Positions 43,276 to 55,061 of a DNA stretch of 64,000 bases are shown here, in pieces. This stretch comes from Cyanidioschyzon merolae (lineage: Eukaryota). Location of the stretch: NCBI GenBank assembly GCA_000091205.1, contig AP006492.2; one strand, 5' to 3'. Both the position numbers and the translations under genes were made by a program. The number at the start of each line of letters is the position of its first letter. The first letter of the stretch is position 1. Below the pieces are notes generated by a model. That model worked only from the letters and a program-made list of their open reading frames with translations, made no database searches and was not told where the DNA came from.

Positions 43276-45285
43276 ATGTACGTTGTGTTGCCTGCACACT
43301 CCGGGACAAGACAGTTGCAGCGGGGTCTGCGGCCTGCCCTGCACCCAATAAGTGACGGTGTTGGCGTTCGAGCGACTCGCCAGCGAGCCTCAAGGCGACA
43401 CCGGACACCACTGGTCGCGGTTCAGTGGGAATGGTTCGGCTGGGATTTGGATGGGCGTTTTGAGCCAGATCTCACCGACATCACACCTAAACCGGAAAAA
43501 GTGCTCCCGAATACGGGAACGACGTATGCTGATTCGCTCGTTTTCCCGACAGACTCGAAACGCTGGCCTGATTCTCTACCGGGCACCGCGTTGCTCTGGT
43601 TCCGAAACGATCTCCGTTTGCACGATAACGAAGCGCTACGTCTTGCGAACCGCGCAGAGAGCCTGCTCTGTGTTTACGTGTTTGATGAGCGCTACTTCTT
43701 CGGAAAGTCCCGATTTGGAGGCTTCCTCCGCATTGGTGAGCATCGCGCATACTTCCTGCGGGAGTGCATCGTAGACCTGCGACAGGCACTCCGGAGTCGT
43801 GGTCAAGAGCTAATCGTTGAGATCGGCTCACCGGTGGATGTCATCCCCCGCTTAGTGCAAAAATTCGGGGTGCAGCATCTCATTTTCAGCAAGGAGGTCA
43901 CCGAGGAGGAGATCGCCACTGAAAATGCCCTCGTTAGGACGCTTGCACAAGTTGCCGCCCAGGGCCAGATCTCCGCGCCCGTCCAGTGCCATGCAGTATG
44001 GAACGCAACACTCGTGCATATTGAAGACCTACCGTACCCGTTCCCAGGCAAAGCAAAAGACATCAGCAGGCGTGCCGAGTCACCAGTTCCGAAAACTCGT
44101 GGTACACCAGCAGTGGATCGCGTTTTCCCGGATACATTCACGACGTTCCGTCGACTCGTAGAGCGAAGCTGGACCGTTCGCGAGACCTGGCAGTGTCCAG
44201 AGGTGCTTACACTGTTACCAGACGATGCCAGCAACTTCAATACCATAGACTGGTCTGGCGCCCTGCCCATAGAGTATCCCGCTGAGGCGACGCGTATCGG
44301 CGCTGAGCCGCCCAAGCTGCTGCTCATGCGACCCTATCCAGACCCGCGAGCCTGCTACGATTTTCACGGAGGCGAGACGGTTGCGCTTTCCCGCCTCGAG
44401 GATTGGATATGGGAGACGCAATCGCTCGCCAGCTATAAGGAAACGCGGAACGGCTTGGAGGGACCCGACTACTCCTCCAAGTTCAGTTGCTTCCTTGCCC
44501 ATGGCTGTATATCGCCGCGGTTGATCTACAATGCAGTGCGGGACTTTGAGCGCCGCGTGGAATCCAATGAATCCACGTATTGGCTGCTGTTCGAACTGCT
44601 CTGGCGAGACTTTTTCCGCTTTACTGCAGTGCATCATGGAAACGCAATTTTTAAGCGGCGGGGTCTGCGAGGCGTCCGCGGTGCCTCTAAAACTTCACAA
44701 AGCGGAGCGCGTTCCGCTGTTGTACGACAGCGCGAGGACGTCTCGCCAGATGCACGCTTGACGGCCTGGTGCCAGGGGCGTACGGGGGTTCCCTTCATTG
44801 ATGCCGCTATGCGAGAACTGCGGCTCACGGGCTTTATGTCCAATCGAGCGCGTCAGGTCGTCGCGTCATTCCTGATCAACGACCTGGGATTGGACTGGCG
44901 ACTTGGCGCCGAATGGTTCGAATCACAGCTCCTCGACTATGACCCATGTAGCAACTGGGGGAACTGGTGTTATCTTGCGGGAGTCGGAAACGATCCGCGC
45001 AGCGGTTCTCGCTATTTCCATCCGCTGAAGCAGGCGTATGAGTTCGATCCTCGGGCAACGTTCACAAAGCGCTGGTGCCCCGAGCTCTTCTGGGTGGATA
45101 ACGCTCTGATCCAAACGCCATGGAAATGGAATCGCAAAATGCAAGAGGCGTTTCGAGTGACCCTGGGCGACCAGTACCCGGAGCCAATTGTAACTTTGCG
45201 GGAGCCGGGGCGCGCCCGAACACCACCGAAGGTATCGCCATCGACGCCCGTGGACACTGACGCGGCGGTGCATCACGAGTCGTGA
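43276..45285 (+). CDS. CRYD: Cryptochrome DASH / DNA photolyase-family protein with an N-terminal presequence-like extension; 669 aa from the first ATG (the ORF is open from 43219)
   Basis: LLWFRNDLRLHDNEALRLANRAESLLCVYVFDERYFFGKSRFGGFLRIGEHRAYFLRECIVDLRQALRSRGQELIV is the CRY-DASH N-terminal alpha/beta domain. The C-terminal FAD-binding region WLLFELLWRDFFRF...TGVPFIDAAMRELRLTGFMSNRARQVVASFLINDLGLDWRLGAEWFESQLLDYDPCSNWGNWCYLAGVGNDPR is the photolyase/cryptochrome FAD domain. Confidence 0.88.
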   Translation: MYVVLPAHSGTRQLQRGLRPALHPISDGVGVRATRQRASRRHRTPLVAVQWEWFGWDLDGRFEPDLTDITPKPEKVLPNTGTTYADSLVFPTDSKRWPDSLPGTALLWFRNDLRLHDNEALRLANRAESLLCVYVFDERYFFGKSRFGGFLRIGEHRAYFLRECIVDLRQALRSRGQELIVEIGSPVDVIPRLVQKFGVQHLIFSKEVTEEEIATENALVRTLAQVAAQGQISAPVQCHAVWNATLVHIEDLPYPFPGKAKDISRRAESPVPKTRGTPAVDRVFPDTFTTFRRLVERSWTVRETWQCPEVLTLLPDDASNFNTIDWSGALPIEYPAEATRIGAEPPKLLLMRPYPDPRACYDFHGGETVALSRLEDWIWETQSLASYKETRNGLEGPDYSSKFSCFLAHGCISPRLIYNAVRDFERRVESNESTYWLLFELLWRDFFRFTAVHHGNAIFKRRGLRGVRGASKTSQSGARSAVVRQREDVSPDARLTAWCQGRTGVPFIDAAMRELRLTGFMSNRARQVVASFLINDLGLDWRLGAEWFESQLLDYDPCSNWGNWCYLAGVGNDPRSGSRYFHPLKQAYEFDPRATFTKRWCPELFWVDNALIQTPWKWNRKMQEAFRVTLGDQYPEPIVTLREPGRARTPPKVSPSTPVDTDAAVHHES

Positions 45286-46418
45286 GCACCTCGTGCGGAG
45301 GTCGTCACGTGTGCGCTGGTTTCAAGTCGACCTCTGACGGCCTTGCATAGATGCTGTTACAGATTCGATAACTCGAGGCCGATAATTCTGGAGTCCATCG
45401 ACACGAAGCCGTGTTCGAGTGTCGCGCTGCATTTCGCAACGACGCAGTGCATTCGCGGTTTCGCGGGGAATCCAACTGCAAGGCGACTGCGCTGAAACCT
45501 GCCATGCGAGTGCGTTCTCCGAGAATAATCGTCAACATCAAGGGTGTTGCCGGCGCTCTTCGACTCGAATAAAGTGTTGCGGAACGTTGCCTGTTGTTTG
45601 AGGAAGGTGGCTGCGTCCAAGAAAAGGACTAGCCTGGCACTGCAGAACTCGTCATCGAAGCTCGCGCAGGCGATCCAGTCCGGCGCGATTCCAAAACCAG
45701 ATTGTCCATAGGCACCGACTCGATTCGGTATTGACAGAGGATTTGCAACATCAAGTACCCGGAGTCGCGCGTGAACTAGCGAAATACGGGCGCATCCATC
45801 AGCTCTAGCGTCAGGGACGAGTCGCTTGCAGGGAAACGCAGACGCGTCGCGAATCGCTGCCTCGGCCCGAGCCTCCCGACACGAACACGAGATCGTCTGT
45901 GGTCGCCAAATCACTTGTGATGAACACGGTAAATATCTATGCAATGTCTGATACAGTCTAAAAATCCGTCAGCTCGATATGGTGGATTTTATACACAAAA
46001 GCGCTGACCGAGGCGATGCCCACGACGCGAAGCGTGCTGTCCCAGTATCCACGACCCAGCAAGCACCTTGTCAATCACCGTGGCGTCATACGTATGCGGT
46101 TGCCGGTGGTGCCAGGGGCTGCAGACGCCAGTGCTGCGCCTTTGCGGCGCTCGCAAGCCGTAGCATCGCTGGATTGGACATCCATTCCCGACGATGTTCG
46201 TGGTTTGAAATTCGTAGAATATAGGTGCGCATGCGGATGACTTGCGCTCTCTTCCTTCATCACGGACATCACGCAAGTATCCCGAGAATTCCTGTTCATT
46301 TCATATTGCTTGCTCTTGCAAACTAGACGTCCGCGCGTACCAACATGAATTCCAAGGTTGTACGACGCCGTCTCTATCCGATTCCCGTTCGACACCATGA
46401 GCATATGAAAGCGCGCGA

Positions 46419-47612
46419 CTACGTTGCGGGCAGCGCAAGGGTGCGCGATGCTGCGAGCCACGGCTCGAATGCAAACCCCAACATATCGAAAAGAGGAGGC
46501 AGCAACGCCAGACTGAAAAAGAAGAAGATGCTGTAAATCGCACCGCTCGCCGCAAAACGTGCTGCGGCACAATAAGACACCCTGCTCTTCGCCTCGTGCC
46601 GGGCGCGCTTCGCGCCCGGCACATCGGGTGCGTGGCGGTCATCCGCTGATGGGCTTCTCTTAGAGCGCCACCTTGAGCCCGGCTCGCTCGTCGAGCCTTT
46701 CGCTATCGACTCCGATTCCGTACATGGAGACGAAAACAGATACCCTTTCGCGTCCTCTTTCTCACTCGGTGGCGGTGTACCAACTTGTGACGCTCCCGTC
46801 CAGCCCAGTTGACCGTTCGAGATAGTCAAGAACGAGGCGAGTTCTCGCAGCACCGACTTGGTGACACAAGCGAAACCGACAATCATTCGCTGACCATTTG
46901 TCGGAGGTTTTCCGTTTGTCTCGCAGCTAGCTTGCGACGCGGCCTCATTCGGGTTGTCTGGCGAGCTCCTCGCTTCCACAGTGCGAGTGCTTTGCGCGCA
47001 CACGAGCGCTTCCAGTTCGCGAACGCGTTCCCTCAGCCGTTGATTCTCGACCGCGAGATCGCTGAGTGCCCGAGATAACAACAGGTAGTCTCCAATGCCC
47101 ATGTCGCGAGAACTCCACGCTGTGTCCTCTAAACAAAATGATGCAGCACGAGGCGACTGTGGCAGCGACTCCGCGGCGACAGTGCACCCACCAAAGTCGG
47201 TGGACGAGTCCGTCTCGAACCGCCCTGAAGTAGGTATGATACCCGAACGTACCTCCCATTCACCATTTTGTTCGTCTTGAGAACAAGATTCTAAGTTAAG
47301 AAAGTTGTCCCAGTTAGATAGGTTTGTTGAGGTCGTGTGTTCCACTGCCATGCAGTCCGTTTCGAGGCGAACGCAAAACACGAATCGGATACGGGATCGC
47401 GTATGCGTGTGCGCCTTCGAGAATCGCGGAGGCGCTTCCAACCGATCGGACACGTGTCCCGCGCGTTGATCCACAGGCATGCGTGCCTGGCGGATGAAAT
47501 CCCTGATTTTGTTGGATAGGGCCCAGACAATGTGCCTGGATTCTAGAGTGCGCGTTGCAACTGGGCACTCGGGAAAGCATCCATCATACTTCGTGATACG
47601 TCCAAGTTCCAA
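46419..47612 (-). CDS. Hypothetical coiled-coil protein, 397 aa
   Basis: Long ORF with a Cys/His-containing N-terminus (ITKYDGCFPECPVATRTLESRHIVWA) and a heptad-like segment (LSDLAVENQRLRERVRELEALV). No family assigned. Confidence 0.35.
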   Translation of the reverse strand: MELGRITKYDGCFPECPVATRTLESRHIVWALSNKIRDFIRQARMPVDQRAGHVSDRLEAPPRFSKAHTHTRSRIRFVFCVRLETDCMAVEHTTSTNLSNWDNFLNLESCSQDEQNGEWEVRSGIIPTSGRFETDSSTDFGGCTVAAESLPQSPRAASFCLEDTAWSSRDMGIGDYLLLSRALSDLAVENQRLRERVRELEALVCAQSTRTVEARSSPDNPNEAASQASCETNGKPPTNGQRMIVGFACVTKSVLRELASFLTISNGQLGWTGASQVGTPPPSEKEDAKGYLFSSPCTESESIAKGSTSEPGSRWRSKRSPSADDRHAPDVPGAKRARHEAKSRVSYCAAARFAASGAIYSIFFFFSLALLPPLFDMLGFAFEPWLAASRTLALPAT

Positions 47613-50480
47613 GACCCATTCATTGTTTCGAATAGACTGGTCGTTCCATACGATCCATGATGCTCCGAGCCTGTCGTACGCATCCGCAAGAGCGTGAAGA
47701 GAGCCAGTGCGGACACCGGACGCGGGTAGACCACTTTTTTATCATTCCGCTGAGGGCGGCTGCTCGAGGCGTGGTCCACCTGACGCGGGATCCGGTTTCG
47801 TTGTCAGTGCACGCTCTGGCAGGCTGCATATGGGACCCTATTGAAGCGGCACGGCGCTTTGGAGAAATCTAACTGCTAGGAAGAATTCTGGCCATAGAGT
47901 CTCACATTCGCCATCGGATACGGATTGCGTTGCGGTATAGGAGCGCGGGTCTTGGCTCGGTACCCATCAGCGAGGAGGTAGATGAAACGCTGGGCCGGCA
48001 CGCCCATCCGTATTGCGCAGCCTTCAGCCAAGAGGCTAGAATGTGAGATTGGTCGGCGCTCGCGGGGTTGTGGCTCAGACAGAGGAACACCAGGTGCCAG
48101 AACTGCAATCAATGCGAATGATCGTCCTCGATCGCCTATAGTGACGTTTCGAAGATGTGCTCCCTCAGGGAGCCTGCAGTGATCCTCTAGCCAAAGCGGA
48201 CTCTGTAGAAACGACTTTGTGTGTGTGTGTGTGTGAGTCACAGGAGTTGCGTACACGAAGCCAAGGTGGTGTGATTCCCTGTGAGCCGCTTATGTCTTGG
48301 TACGGCATGCAGCCGGGGCCAGCGACAACGGACTGACACGCGCGTTGGCGAGCCAGTTGGTGACTCGGGCAAGCACTATGCACACCAGCGCCTCCTATCA
48401 AGAGCAGCGTGCATCTACTATATCCACGTTTGAATAAAACAGAACGAGTCCATCTGGCTACTTCGAGCGTACTCGATAGAGTATGTGTCATAATCATAGT
48501 CTTCATCACCGGCGTTCGTCAGCCTCTGCTTCAACTGTTTTGTTTCCCTCTGTCTTGTCTCCGGAGAGAAGTACGCCCGTCTTTCCTGCGGCTTCGGATC
48601 CGTTGTCAACAGTTAAACGATGTTCACCTCAGCGTTCTGGTCCCGATTTTGCTGCTTGAGGCTGGTGTTCACGCGTTTTATGCACAGAAAAAGTGCTCGA
48701 TCGGCGCATCGCTCGCAATGTTCGACTTCTTCGAATTAATCCATTGTACGTTCTTCACAGCAGCGATGCTCATTTGTGGTCATGTGTCCCTCGGAGATCC
48801 AAAACACCTTCGCTTTCTTCGAGGGCCACTTCGAGACTCGTGAACGCTTCCTTTCCTGCTCGATATATGCGGTGGACGGGGACAGGAGGCTTCATTGGAC
48901 CCCGCTCCCTGGTTCCCGTGTCAGGGGCCATACTCTAAGATAACGGGCTACTTGTGAACGATTTCTTCGCCCAGTACTCTGCTCTAGGAAGCGGAAGCGC
49001 ACGCGATTCCATTCGATAGATGATCTGTGGAACACGATGTCGTTCGTGCTGAAACTAGAACGGGGAGGAAAACCCGAACTGGAGATCGTGCCGGGAATTT
49101 TCGATCCGCGTACGCTCGCTTCGTGCAAAACGTTGACGTATTCTCCACTGGGACCGATCGCTCCGATGATACAAGTCCGGGGGCCACGACCCTGCTCTAT
49201 GCAAACACCCGAGACAGCAGCCTCGGTGAGTATCACTAGTGAGGCGAATCATGCTGTTGTAGATCTTTGTTTCGACGACGAGAACGAAAAGAGGAGGATT
49301 TGAATTTTGAGCAGAATCCCTCATTTGGCGTGAGAGGTTCCGTGAACCTTCGGTATGTGCTTTCAAACAAGTCGTTACGGGACGACGTCGAGTTTTCCGT
49401 CCTCTTCAATCCGATGGGATGAATCGCTGCGCTCGTGAGTAGCCTTGAAACCGAGAGATTGATACGTTAAGGGATTCGTGATTCTGGCATGCTACGCGTA
49501 ATGAAAGAAGAAGAGTAGAGGCTGAAACGTATGAATATGATCCTGGTATCGTTTACTCTATGAGCCATTTTCGATTGCGTCGCAAATCGTCTTGATCCCT
49601 GTATCGTAAAGAATTCCAGGGGGAAAATATCGAAGGCGCAACACCGGACTGGTCATCGGGACTCCTATATCTATGTATGCATCCGTCCGCCGTTTTTGCC
49701 GCATTCCGAATGTGGAGGCAGCACATCGAAAACAAGTTCGAAAAAAATTGGTACGCAGGAACAGCGCAAGCAGTTCCGTCTTCTATTTGAACCTGTGACG
49801 GATTTAGATGCCAATACCGATACGAAATGCAAGCACGTCCGTTTTCTACAACCAACCGCCTTTCCATACCTCTATACGTATCTAAGGTGCCACACTAGAT
49901 TCAAAATATATCTCATAGACCTCTACACACTGCGATACGTTCAAGAGCTTAGGGTGCTCGTACAGGCGCATGCCTACGCATATATGTACGTATAGGCACT
50001 CTCGTTGCCAGTGACAAGTACGGACCAGTGGACGCGTTTTCTCGAGTTGAGGCCGACGCCTCCACTTTGCCGTCTGTTGTACACAACGTATGCAACGGAA
50101 CTTTGGTCGGGAAAACGTGGATCGCCGCCAGTTCTAGCCTATTAGAGACCTCGTGCCATCAGCACGATCCACGTAGGGTATGGATACCGACTCACAGACA
50201 CTTCGCTGGGTTGCCCGACTCGCCGACTGGTATCAGCTTCAGCTTCTCCTGGTACATCTCGACCTCGAGAGGTTCCCCCACAGAGTTCGCTCGCGTTAGC
50301 TCCGTGGGTCTCATCTTCAGGACTGCACATCTCCTCGTATTGATGGCGGCGTTAAAGTTCACGAACGCCATGCGTTTCTTGCCTCTGCGCGAACCCATCA
50401 ATGCAAGGATTCCTAGAATTCGCGCCCTTCGTACCACTACAGCCTCATCAACGCCCCGCCGTGCGAACACGCTCTCTCGC

Positions 50481-50846
50481 CTATCCCCCTTCTTCTACTT
50501 CGTCATTTGCTATTCTTCGCTCAATGTTCGGCGAGAAGAGGACTGTTTCGTTATTTTCCGGCACCCTTGCCTATCCCCCTTCTTCTTCTACTCCGTCATT
50601 TGCTATTCTTCGCTCAATGTTCGGCGAGAAGAGGATTGTTTCGTTATTTTCCGGCACCCTTGCCTATCTCCCTTCTTCTTCTACTTCGTCATTTGCTATT
50701 CTTCGCTCAATGTTCGGCGAGAAGAGGATTGTTTCGTTATTTTCCGGCACCCTTGCCTATCCCCCTTCTTCTTCTACTTCGTCATTTGCTATTCTTCGCT
50801 CAATGTTCGGCGAGAAGAGGATTGTTTCGTTATTTTCCGGCACCCG
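50481..50846. repeat. Tandem minisatellite, 93-bp unit x about 4 (first unit 90 bp)
   Basis: The unit ctatcccccttcttcttctacttcgtcatttgctattcttcgctcaatgttcggcgagaagaggattgtttcgttattttccggcacccttgc recurs at 50481, 50571, 50664 and 50757. All three forward frames stay open through it (ORFs 50028.., 50401.., 50507..). Confidence 0.88.
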
Positions 50847-52018
50847 ACGATGACGGCTGTCCACGATCCTCGACTTTTATGTCCGTAACTTGCGCATGGG
50901 TATTCTATTTGTTCAAGTGCACGCACGTGTCTCTGCCCTGAGGTGAGGATATCCCAGGAGGAGAGAAGAACGTGCACAAGAAAGACGGCACGTGTCCCGC
51001 AGTCACCGTGTGCTGAACACATTAGCGATTTGCCCAGTAGAGCGATCATTACGTTTCACGATAGAAAACACTCTTTTTTTATGGGGTAGCACAACGGATT
51101 CTACAGAAGAATGAAAAGCAGCTCTACCCTGATAAAATTCGCAAAAGCCCGATCGCAAGGGGAATGGTGAAATACCACACTGTCCACCGGAAGAACGACA
51201 CCAAATGTCGGGGGAAATTCTTCAACGATGGGATGAGGCGGGTCCAGTTTTGTGAGCCCTTTCCGCCAGCGAACCAGAGGCGATCAAATGAATGCACTGC
51301 ATCTAGAGCAGATGATGATGATGATGATGTTCTCGTCTTCTTCGAGCTCGATCGTACATACAACGGGCTTTCTTTCCGCGAATACCCGTGTACACTCCGA
51401 CCGTTTCATCCGAAAAATCTCCTCGACAAAGAATCAAACCGACATCCCGGTGCTTCATACCTATCGCGACGTCCCAGGAACGCTATCGTTGCGATTTCTG
51501 TGGAGAATATTCATTCTTGAACTAGGACTCTTTCTTGAGACTGTATCCCGGTGTTTTCAGGACAACGCGAACTAACCGTACCGAAACAGAGACGCCTGTG
51601 ATGTTTACTATCATCGCTTTTCGATTTCCCTGGAGTGGTCAACAGATCATTTTTTACCATTGACCGTAAGCAATCTTTTAGAATATCAGTTTTTGGCGGG
51701 GTGCCTATCTATCTGTTTGTTTCAGAGTTCCCCGACCATCTGAGTCCTGTTCTATGCCTTACCTGATTGAGTAATGCAGTTCTCCTTGAAATGTTCAGTA
51801 AAGTATATGTATCCTACACGCAATTCGTCTACGATCTATTCGGTACATTGCATGGTCATTTCGATCTCTTGCCATGCACCGCATCGAAGTTGAAACAATA
51901 ATGAGTTGAAAGCATATAACCAGATACTCCGGACGACAGTTTCCAGTCCAAACAACATTTGAAAACTAGTAAAAGGAATGCTGACGAAACTCCGGATTCG
52001 GGTAAAGTGTCGAACGCT

Positions 52019-54514
52019 TTACGCCTCAGCAGTGGGCACGTGCTCCGCTGGGGTCGCAGCGTCAGCAAGGTCAGCGAGGTCGTCGACGCCGTCATCGTCG
52101 CGCACACAACGCGCTACCTGCCAACAGGTTACGCACTGAATCGTCAGCGCTAAGCAGCCAATGCCACAGAGTCGAATGCTCTGCCATATACTGCGAACTT
52201 GGCGCGAAATATCCTGTTGGATGAGCACCGCTTCCGCGCGAAGGCCGCGCATGCGGTACTTGCGACGCAACCTACTAGGGAAGAGGCGCGCGTGCACGTT
52301 CGGTCCCAATTTGCGACCCTCTCGAAGTGATAGGAGAAAGATATGCCGCCAAAAGAGTTCTTCCGGAGCCTGCCAGGGTCGACGACCATGCGCCATCGAA
52401 TCGTGATCTGAGGAGCTCTCTGGCACCTCCATTGATGCCGTGGATTCGGTGCCGATGGCGTCATCTGCGAAGCGAACATGCGCGTCGTCGGGTCGAGCTC
52501 GCTCCTCGACGGGCGCCTCCAAAGACGCTGCTGTTGCTGCTGCTGCTGCTGCTACTGCCGAACTGCCTTGCACCGACTCCGTACCAGCATCAGTGGCCGC
52601 TTGCACAGAACGGGAGCTGCGACCACGCTGCTCCGTTCGTTCCAGCAGATGTTGTGGGTTCTGCTGCGATGATGCGTCGCCGTTTTCCGCATCTGCGCTC
52701 TCGCTGAGCTGCGACGATAAACGCCTATCTCGGTACAGAGCCTGGGCCGCGTGGACGCGTTCTCCGTAGAGGTCGGGGTTCGCGGAAAACGCCTCACGAA
52801 GCGAGGATCCGCTATGGGTACTCGCATACTCCAGCTCGTGCATGAAGCGCTGAATCTCTACGTACATAGAAAGGCGACCCATCTCAAACAACTCCAATTG
52901 ACCGGTTGTCGAGATATCCGTGTCCAGCGCGCCATACTCGCCGACGCAGAGGAAGACGGCACGAGGCATGCTTAAACCGCCCGGCCAGCGCTCTGCGTAG
53001 CGATAGATTTGCTCGCGGGTTAGCCGATCGTAGATAATGCGCATGCTTCGTGTCGCTACCCCAAAGATTGATGTCGTCTTCTCCGAGTGGCTGTAGAGTG
53101 CCTGGGCGAAAGCCTGCCCAATGCGTTCATAGTCAAAGCCACGCGTTTCCGGCGGGATCGGATCCCACAAAAGATGGTACAGCTCATAGTGAATAAAGTC
53201 ATTGAAGGAGAAGGTCACCATACCAAGGCCGGTGCCATCCTGTGGCAATGCATCGACTGGCCAGTTATTGACGAGTCCTCCATCACAGTACTGATGTCCC
53301 TGGTACGCGTACACGTCGAAAACAATGGGAATGCCAGCGGACATGCGCACGGCGGCCTTCACCGGCAGGTCTGGATCACTATGCGGCGTGAGTTTGCGCT
53401 CGCGGCCGGTGTCCAGTTCAGTCGTCACAATGACGAGCTCCTTGCCGTACCGCTCAAGAACCTGGCCCATGGTGATGTTCGGATCTCCGGTTTGCTCGGC
53501 GAGCACCTGCCCCATCCAGCGCTCCAAAGCACGCCCCGAACTCAGACCGCGACCACGAGTCAGCGCACTCAAATCCGGCGACATGAGGTCGTCAAAGTTG
53601 AGCGCCTGGAGCTGTCGCATACAGCCAGCAGCTCGATAGCCCACAGCGAGCGTCGACGCCATGATGGCCCCAGCGGAGGTCCCGGCGAATCGTTTTATTC
53701 GGGTGTAATCGAGCCCGTGCTGCTCGAGCACCGAAAGCGCGCCGACATAGGCAGTGCCGAGAACACCGCCACCGCAAAACGCTATCGCAGTGAGCCTCTG
53801 AAGCGCTTCACGCATGGGCACTCGGCACGACGCATCGTATCGGGCAAAATCTCGAGATAATTCCTGCAAAAGGCGCAATCTCTGCAGATACTTGTCGACT
53901 CGTTCCCGATCGGAACGGCTAAGCTGTCGTCGGGCGTGTCGTGCTGCATCCTCCAGAGATTCCATCATCGCCTGCGAGAGATGTTCAGAGGATTGTCGGG
54001 ACGGCCCAGCTTGCTCTACTGAAGAAATGGCGCTCTTGAGTCTGTCCAGTTGCAAGGAGTCAGGACGTTGCGCTTCCAGTGATGCTGCATCGAGGCCGCG
54101 GCTCTGGTTCAAATGGTCGTCCTCGTGCTCATCTATGGGCTGGGTCGTAGCTTCCTGTGACAAGTCTCGCTGCGGGCTGAGTTTTGCTTGCACCGCCACT
54201 TTCCCATCCACGTTCTTGCTTCGATGCACTCTAGACCATGGCGCCCGAATCGCAGGAAGCATCGTGAACACCGCGCACGGATCTGGCTGTGACCTACTGT
54301 ACCACGACGGAAGCAACGCTGATATCTCGTACACGTGCCTGCTGTTCCGAGCTTGGGAACGCTGCAAACCCGTTTCCGTATCCCAGACGAGTACGCTGTT
54401 CGCGTTACGTTCACTCGAACGCTTTCCAGCGGAGCAAGTCGCTCGATATGCAGGCTGCACAACTGCTTCGCCGCGACGGACCCGGGTGCGTTCGCAAGCC
54501 GCCGCAATCGCCAC
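52019..54514 (-). CDS. Patatin-like phospholipase domain protein, 831 aa ORF (GTG-initiated in the ORF track; the true ATG is probably near 54260)
   Basis: IAFCGGGVLGTAYVGALSVLEQHGLDYTRIKRFAGTSAGAIMASTLAVGY has the patatin oxyanion GGGxxG and nucleophile elbow G-T-S-A-G. The later DGG segment (QYCDGGLVNNWPV) holds the catalytic Asp. Confidence 0.82.
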   Translation of the reverse strand: MAIAAACERTRVRRGEAVVQPAYRATCSAGKRSSERNANSVLVWDTETGLQRSQARNSRHVYEISALLPSWYSRSQPDPCAVFTMLPAIRAPWSRVHRSKNVDGKVAVQAKLSPQRDLSQEATTQPIDEHEDDHLNQSRGLDAASLEAQRPDSLQLDRLKSAISSVEQAGPSRQSSEHLSQAMMESLEDAARHARRQLSRSDRERVDKYLQRLRLLQELSRDFARYDASCRVPMREALQRLTAIAFCGGGVLGTAYVGALSVLEQHGLDYTRIKRFAGTSAGAIMASTLAVGYRAAGCMRQLQALNFDDLMSPDLSALTRGRGLSSGRALERWMGQVLAEQTGDPNITMGQVLERYGKELVIVTTELDTGRERKLTPHSDPDLPVKAAVRMSAGIPIVFDVYAYQGHQYCDGGLVNNWPVDALPQDGTGLGMVTFSFNDFIHYELYHLLWDPIPPETRGFDYERIGQAFAQALYSHSEKTTSIFGVATRSMRIIYDRLTREQIYRYAERWPGGLSMPRAVFLCVGEYGALDTDISTTGQLELFEMGRLSMYVEIQRFMHELEYASTHSGSSLREAFSANPDLYGERVHAAQALYRDRRLSSQLSESADAENGDASSQQNPQHLLERTEQRGRSSRSVQAATDAGTESVQGSSAVAAAAAATAASLEAPVEERARPDDAHVRFADDAIGTESTASMEVPESSSDHDSMAHGRRPWQAPEELFWRHIFLLSLREGRKLGPNVHARLFPSRLRRKYRMRGLRAEAVLIQQDISRQVRSIWQSIRLCGIGCLALTIQCVTCWQVARCVRDDDGVDDLADLADAATPAEHVPTAEA

Positions 54515-55061
54515 AGGCGCTCACGATAACACACGAACTGCTTCTTGGTCACGCTCGCTAATAAGCGGACTGTTGGCAGAAGCGTTATGCGCTTCGAGGC
54601 CTCACTACCGCCTTAGAGGCGGGCGCATCTGCCCCGTAGGTCTGGCTGCCTACCTCGACACGCCCCCGGTGGCTGCAGTTGCGCGGTAGCAGCAGTCGCC
54701 CCGTAGAGGGTAGCGTCAATGGCTTTCGCCTGAAACAGGACATTTATGGATGTATGTTGCATAGGTGGATGCGGCCCAGGCGTCTGCCTCATTCCATTCC
54801 TGAACATTCTGGGAGAATACAGACATATGTCACGATGCCGTAGCGAATCTGGACTCGATGGTACCCGATGTTCTTCGCTGAGCACAGGATCGTTCCTGTG
54901 AGCGTGCAGGCATCGCTGCTTTCGTAATGGTTGTACGCATCCGGCACCTTGTTCATCGTGCCGTACTAGACCTTCAGGTTCCACCAGTGACCATGTGTAA
55001 TTCGCTTCGGAGATCATGGTTGGTTTGTATGAACTTGCAGGTGCCGAGTGTACACCCGGCG

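Noticed and set aside
45357-45944. 195-aa ORF on the - strand downstream of CRY-DASH
   Set aside because: No recognisable family and Ala/Arg-rich composition. It may be real, but there is no support beyond ORF length, so it is left uncalled.
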